A stretch of DNA of 64,000 nt from Desulfosudaceae bacterium (lineage in GTDB: Bacteria; Desulfobacterota; Desulfobacteria; Desulfobacterales; Desulfosudaceae): NCBI GenBank assembly GCA_963674745.2, contig CAXXDV010000001.1:64001-128000 (forward strand). The letters are read 5' to 3'. Positions within the stretch are counted from its first letter, which is position 1. Every line of letters starts with the position of its first letter. This document shows, one piece after another, positions 59,457 to 64,000 of this stretch. Made by a program: the position numbers and the translations under genes. The notes under the pieces were generated by a model. That model ran no database searches, was not told the origin of the DNA, and saw only the letters and a program-made list of their open reading frames with translations.

Positions 59457-59815
59457 GGTTTTAAAGTTTTAGGTTTTAAAGTATTTGAGTGTTACGCTTT
59501 AGGTTTTAAGCATAAGGTGGTTAAGTGGTTATGTGATTAAGTGATTAAGTGTTTAGGTGGTCGAGGTTTGAGAAAGGGAGATGGCCCGCTTTGCGGGTGC
59601 AAGGTTCATGGTTTGAGGGGTGCTAGGTGGTTAAGTGATTCGATGAAAATGGTGAAGATAGAACTTAAGCCCTTAACCACATAAACACTTAAACACCTAA
59701 ACACAAAAAACTTAATGTCTGGGAACTTCCCGGAAGGCCGAAGCCTTCCGCTACATAAAACGTAGAGCCTAACACCTCAAACCTTAACCACATAAACACT
59801 TAAACACATAACCAC
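59442..59815. repeat. family A composite element: GT-rich left arrays, hairpin core, CA-rich right arrays and a GTAG-REP
   Basis: GGTTTTAR and GTGDTTAW units; core GGTTTGAGAAAGGG..GGCCCGCTTTGCGGG.GCAAGGTTC shared with 17214-17257; CGGAAGGC-CGAA-GCCTTCCG-CTAC at 59731-59754. Confidence 0.85.
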
Positions 59816-59887
59816 AAATTTTTTAACGACGATCAGGCCATATTAAGAACGACTATATTTTAACGTCATTTTTATCGCAAGCGCCCT

Positions 59888-61261
59888 ATGAAACCCGTTG
59901 TTGTCATCACCGGCCGGCCCAATGTGGGCAAATCCACCATCTTTAACCGTCTGACCCGGTCAAGGGACGCTATTGTCGATGACATGCCGGGGGTAACCCG
60001 GGACCGCCATTACGGCGACGCGGAATGGAACGGCCTGGCCTTTACCATCGTCGACACGGGCGGCTTCATGACCGGCGACCCGGATGATATCGTAACGCAA
60101 GTGAACTTTCAGATCCGCCAGGCCCTTGACCACGCTGACGCCATCCTGCTGGTGATGGACGGGAAAAACGGTGTTTCGCCTTATGACCGTGAGATATTGA
60201 CCGTTCTCCAGGATTCGCCCTGCCCGGTTTTCTACCTGATCAACAAAATCGACGGCGAAGAAAAAGAGACCGAATGTTTTGAATTTTACAGCCTGGGCAT
60301 AGACCAATTATATCCCGTATCCGCCGCCCATGGTTACGGCATCAATACCTTTATGGATGATTTAACGGCTGTTTTGCCCGAACCGGAGCCGGAGGATGAG
60401 GAAGAAAGGATTAAAGTCGCGGTAGTCGGCAAACCCAATGTCGGCAAGTCGACCCTGATCAACAAAATCCTCGGCGAAGAGCGCCTGATTGTCAGTGATA
60501 TTCCCGGAACCACCCGTGACAGCCTGGACACGGTCTGCGAAAGAAACGGACGGTCATATCTATTAATAGACACGGCCGGCTTACGGAAAAAAAGCCGGGT
60601 CGAGGAAAAAATTGAAAAATTTTCCGCTTTAAAAACATTACGAAGCCTGGACCGGTGCGATGTGGCCCTCATTCTCGTTGATGCCGCCGATGAAGTATCC
60701 CAGCAGGACATCACCATCGCCGGATATGCCTTCGAACATCGTTGCGGCTGTATTTTTGTGGTCAACAAATGGGATCTTGCCAAACAGGAAGGGAAAAAGG
60801 CAAAGGACTATGTGGATGAGATCCGGGACCAGGCCAAATTTTTAGGTTTTGCGCCGGTCATGAATGTTTCCGCAAAAACCGGCTGGCATGTAAACAAACT
60901 TTTTGACCATATTGACGAAGTATATAATCAATATTCCGTTCAAATCAAAACCGGGAAGTTGAATTCCATTATCAGAAAAGCGGTGGAGCGAAACCTGCCG
61001 CCCTATCATAAGAACAACCGGCTGAAATTCAATTACGCCACCCAGATATCAACCAAACCGCCGACATTCATATGTTTTGTTAATTTCCCCAAGGGCATCC
61101 ATTTTTCCTATGAACGATACCTGGTCAACGAAATCAGAAAAGAGACCGGCCTTGACAAAACCCCGTTGCGACTCTTTTTCCGGGAAAAAACCGGCCGGAT
61201 TGATTATTCCAGCCGGAAAAAACGCCCGGCAAAACGGAGGAAACGGGGGCACGACAAGTGA
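59888..61261 (+). CDS. der: ribosome biogenesis GTPase Der (EngA)
   Basis: Two GTPase domains (GRPNVGKS/PGVTRD/DTGG/NKID and GKPNVGKS/PGTTRD/DTAG/NKWD), KH-like C-terminus. Confidence 0.98.
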   Translation: MKPVVVITGRPNVGKSTIFNRLTRSRDAIVDDMPGVTRDRHYGDAEWNGLAFTIVDTGGFMTGDPDDIVTQVNFQIRQALDHADAILLVMDGKNGVSPYDREILTVLQDSPCPVFYLINKIDGEEKETECFEFYSLGIDQLYPVSAAHGYGINTFMDDLTAVLPEPEPEDEEERIKVAVVGKPNVGKSTLINKILGEERLIVSDIPGTTRDSLDTVCERNGRSYLLIDTAGLRKKSRVEEKIEKFSALKTLRSLDRCDVALILVDAADEVSQQDITIAGYAFEHRCGCIFVVNKWDLAKQEGKKAKDYVDEIRDQAKFLGFAPVMNVSAKTGWHVNKLFDHIDEVYNQYSVQIKTGKLNSIIRKAVERNLPPYHKNNRLKFNYATQISTKPPTFICFVNFPKGIHFSYERYLVNEIRKETGLDKTPLRLFFREKTGRIDYSSRKKRPAKRRKRGHDK

Positions 61262-61699
61262 TTAAGTGATTAAGTGATTAAGTGATTAAGTGATTATGTG
61301 ATTATGTGTTTAAGTGTTTAAGTGATTAAGTGGTTAAGTGGTTAAGTGGTTAAGTGGTCGGGGTTTGAGGAAAGGAGGTGCCTTTTACTTCGTCATCCGG
61401 ACGAGCAAACTGTGTCGTAATTCGTTATCCAGCCAAGTGGATATTTCTTTAACGGGTGCCACGGGCCAACCGAAGGTTGCCCGTGTTTAAGGGCGACCAG
61501 CCGGTCGCCCCTACAGGGTGAGCTGGGATGACGGGTTGTGGGACAGGCCGAAGCCTTCCGCTACATAAACAATAGACGTTAAAGCCCATAACCACATAAA
61601 CCCATAAACACATAACCACATAATCACATAATCACATAATCACATAACCACTTAATCACTTAATCACTTAAACACTTAAACACTTAATCACTTAATCAC
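61258..61699. repeat. family A composite element: 12 octamers, 234-bp core with REP hairpins, 14 inverted octamers
   Basis: (GTGDTTAW)12 at 61258-61353; 14 inverted units (13 WTAAHCAC, one ATAAACCC) at 61588-61699; hairpins at 61460-61485, 61491-61514, 61545-61564. Confidence 0.93.
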
Positions 61700-61742
61700 A
61701 TCTAACTTTAAACCCTATACAGACCGCAGCACTGGAATATCC

Positions 61743-63131
61743 ATGACCGAATTGTTCGATCATATACATCCCGATTCAACCGGCCGGCCACTGGCCGACA
61801 GGATGAGGCCCAATACACTTGAAGCCCTGGCCGGGCAGGCCCATATCACCAACCCGGGCTCCCTTTTCAGAGCGGCCCTGGAAACAGACGCGCTTTTTTC
61901 CATGATCCTCTGGGGTCCGCCGGGATGCGGTAAGACCACCCTGGCCAACATCATCGCCAACATGACCGGTGCGGTATTCGTCCAGTTATCCGCGGTGCTT
62001 TCAGGGGTCAAAGATATTCGAACCGTTATTGAGGCGGCCAGGGAAAGGCGCGACCGGTTCGGCAAAAAAACCATCCTTTTTGTGGACGAAGTGCATCGTT
62101 TCAACAAGGCCCAGCAGGACGCCTTCCTGCCGCACGTTGAAAGCGGCCTGGTCACGCTGATAGGCGCTACCACCGAGAACCCCTCTTTTGAGGTCATTCC
62201 GGCCCTGATGTCCAGATGCCGGTTGGTCACCATGAACCCGGTGGGTGATGAAGCGATGGAAGCCGTGCTGCAAAGGGCGCTGACGGACACTGACAACGGG
62301 CTGGGTGAAATGGGGCTGTCCCTGTCGGATGAGGCCATGACGCATATCATCCGCATGGCTGACGGTGATGTCCGCACGGCCTTGAACAGCCTGGAAGCGG
62401 CGGCCTTATTGCGCGGCTCAGGAGAGGCCCCCGAAGACATCTCCCTTGAACAGGTGGAGGCGGCACTGGACAAAAAAGCCATGCTGTATGACAAGTCCGG
62501 CGAAGAACATTTCAACCTTATTTCGGCCGTGCATAAAAGCCTGCGGGGAAGTGATCCCGACGCGGCGGCATACTGGGTGGAGCGGATGCTCGGCGCGGGT
62601 GAGGATCCATTTTATATTCTCCGCCGGATGGTAAGGTTCGCTTCCGAAGATATCGGCAATGCCGATCCGGCGGCACTCGGTGTCACCCTGGATGCCATGG
62701 AGGCCTACCGCTTTCTCGGTTCCCCCGAAGGGGAGCTGGCCATTATTCAGGCCGCGGTCTATCTGGCCACCGCCCCTAAAAGCAACAGTCTTTACGTGAC
62801 CAGCAACACCGTCAAAGGCATCATTAAAAAAACGGGTTACCTGCCGGTACCCAAGCATATCCGGAACGCACCCACCCGGCTGATGAAAGAGATCGGCTAT
62901 GGCAAAGATTATAAATACGCCCATAACTATAAAGGCGCTTTTGCCCCCCAGGACCATTTACCGGAAAAACTGTGGGACAGGATTTTTTATCACCCCACGG
63001 ACCGGGGCTATGAAAAAACGATCAAGTCCAGGCTTGACAGGTGGCGGGTTCTCAAGAGAGAATACCGGGAGAAAAATCGGACACGCCAACGTGAGGGCTC
63101 CGATAAAGACCATTCGGAGAACGACTTTTGA
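61743..63131 (+). CDS. rarA: replication-associated recombination protein A (RarA/MgsA)
   Basis: PLADRMRP, WGPPGCGKTT, DEVHRFNKAQQD, GATTENPSF, KSLRGSDPDAA, SEDIGNADP. Confidence 0.97.
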   Translation: MTELFDHIHPDSTGRPLADRMRPNTLEALAGQAHITNPGSLFRAALETDALFSMILWGPPGCGKTTLANIIANMTGAVFVQLSAVLSGVKDIRTVIEAARERRDRFGKKTILFVDEVHRFNKAQQDAFLPHVESGLVTLIGATTENPSFEVIPALMSRCRLVTMNPVGDEAMEAVLQRALTDTDNGLGEMGLSLSDEAMTHIIRMADGDVRTALNSLEAAALLRGSGEAPEDISLEQVEAALDKKAMLYDKSGEEHFNLISAVHKSLRGSDPDAAAYWVERMLGAGEDPFYILRRMVRFASEDIGNADPAALGVTLDAMEAYRFLGSPEGELAIIQAAVYLATAPKSNSLYVTSNTVKGIIKKTGYLPVPKHIRNAPTRLMKEIGYGKDYKYAHNYKGAFAPQDHLPEKLWDRIFYHPTDRGYEKTIKSRLDRWRVLKREYREKNRTRQREGSDKDHSENDF

Positions 63132-63874
63132 TTGAAACCATCAATTTAAAAAAACAATACGGTACGTTCGAGGCGGTCAAGGATATTTCACTGACCGTTT
63201 CGCCGGGAGAAATATACGGTTTTATCGGGCCCAATGGTGCCGGGAAAACCACCACCATCAGCATCATGGGCGGCATCCTGGCACCCGGTTCCGGTACTGT
63301 ACGCATTTGCGGCATCGATATGACGGATGAACCGGAAGCGGCCAAGCGCAAAATCGGATTTATCCCCGATCGGCCCTATCTCTATGAAAAGCTGACAGCC
63401 ATTGAGTTTTTAAAATTTACCGCTGACTTATATCACATGAAGACACCCTTTGCGGATAAAGCCGAAGGCCTGCTGGACCTTTTTTCCCTTAAACCCTGGG
63501 GGCATCATTTGATTGAGTCTTTCTCTCACGGTATGAAACAACGCCTTATCATGGTCGGCGCGCTGCTGCACGATCCTGAGGTGCTGATAATTGACGAGCC
63601 CATGGTGGGGCTTGACCCCAGCGGACAGAAGATGGTCAAAGGGTTGTTCCGTGACCTGGCCGACAAAGGCGCGACAATTTTCATGTCGACCCATACCCTT
63701 TCTGTGGCCCAGGAAGTGTGTGACCGGGTAGGGGTTATTCATGAAGGCAAATTAATCGCAACAGGTACCACCGAAGACTTACAACTCCAGACCGGCGCCG
63801 CCCAATCTGACTTGGAGGAAGTATTTTTCAGGCTGACCCGGGAAGCTGAAGCGCCGGCTGCGCAACACCTGTAA
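63128..63874 (+). CDS. ABC transporter ATP-binding protein (ABC-2 type)
   Basis: GPNGAGKTT, FSHGMKQR, IIDEPMVGLDP, STH. Confidence 0.93.
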   Translation: MIETINLKKQYGTFEAVKDISLTVSPGEIYGFIGPNGAGKTTTISIMGGILAPGSGTVRICGIDMTDEPEAAKRKIGFIPDRPYLYEKLTAIEFLKFTADLYHMKTPFADKAEGLLDLFSLKPWGHHLIESFSHGMKQRLIMVGALLHDPEVLIIDEPMVGLDPSGQKMVKGLFRDLADKGATIFMSTHTLSVAQEVCDRVGVIHEGKLIATGTTEDLQLQTGAAQSDLEEVFFRLTREAEAPAAQHL

Positions 63875-63887
63875 GGAGGCATCCAAC

Positions 63888-64000
63888 ATGGAAAAAATTT
63901 TAAATAAAATCAATTGGCTGGGGCACGACACGTTCCGCATCGACGGATCGAAAACCGTCTATTTTGATCCCTATCAGATTAAAACAGACAAGCCCGCGGA
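63888..64000 (+). CDS. metallo-beta-lactamase-fold hydrolase, N-terminal fragment cut by the window edge
   Basis: AGGAGG then MEKILNKINWLGHDTFRIDGSKTVYFDPYQIKTDKPA (WLGH..F, DPY). Confidence 0.75.
   Translation, partial: MEKILNKINWLGHDTFRIDGSKTVYFDPYQIKTDKPA

Noticed and set aside
61258..61699. CRISPR array
   Set aside because: Units are contiguous 8-mers with no unique spacers, and no cas genes are present

Overview
A 64 kb chromosomal segment, most likely from a Desulfobacterota (Desulfobacterales-like) bacterium; this is inferred from gene content and protein style, not from a database search. Most of it is housekeeping genes: tilS, grpE-dnaK, thrS-pyrR-moaB, rnd, hisFH, mazG, cvpA, phoH-7TM/HD-ybeY-pdxJ-nnr-tsaE-lysC, lysA, der and rarA. 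It also carries a long Alu-containing SRP RNA. Accessory content includes: (i) a peptidoglycan amidase followed by a MamK-like actin with no other magnetosome genes in view; (ii) a sigma54-driven cluster of outer-membrane protein, monoheme cytochrome, octaheme tetrathionate-reductase-family cytochrome and cytochrome b, with a frameshifted DsrE-like gene; (iii) a TonB receptor plus a nucleoside-hydrolase/FmdE fusion behind a leader terminator; (iv) a ribbon-helix-helix/ABC1-kinase pair behind a 39-bp palindrome; (v) a 1508-aa mosaic lipoprotein with two DUF1566 domains. The most unusual non-coding signal is two families of octamer tandem arrays (GTGDTTAW and GGRKTCRA-like). Most are arranged as inverted arms, some enclose GTAG-type REP hairpins, they sit in intergenic gaps, and three supply the adjacent gene's stop codon. 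Several MITE-like hairpins are also present. No rRNA, tRNA, CRISPR array, transposase or reverse transcriptase was seen. All family assignments are by motif recognition, not by run searches.
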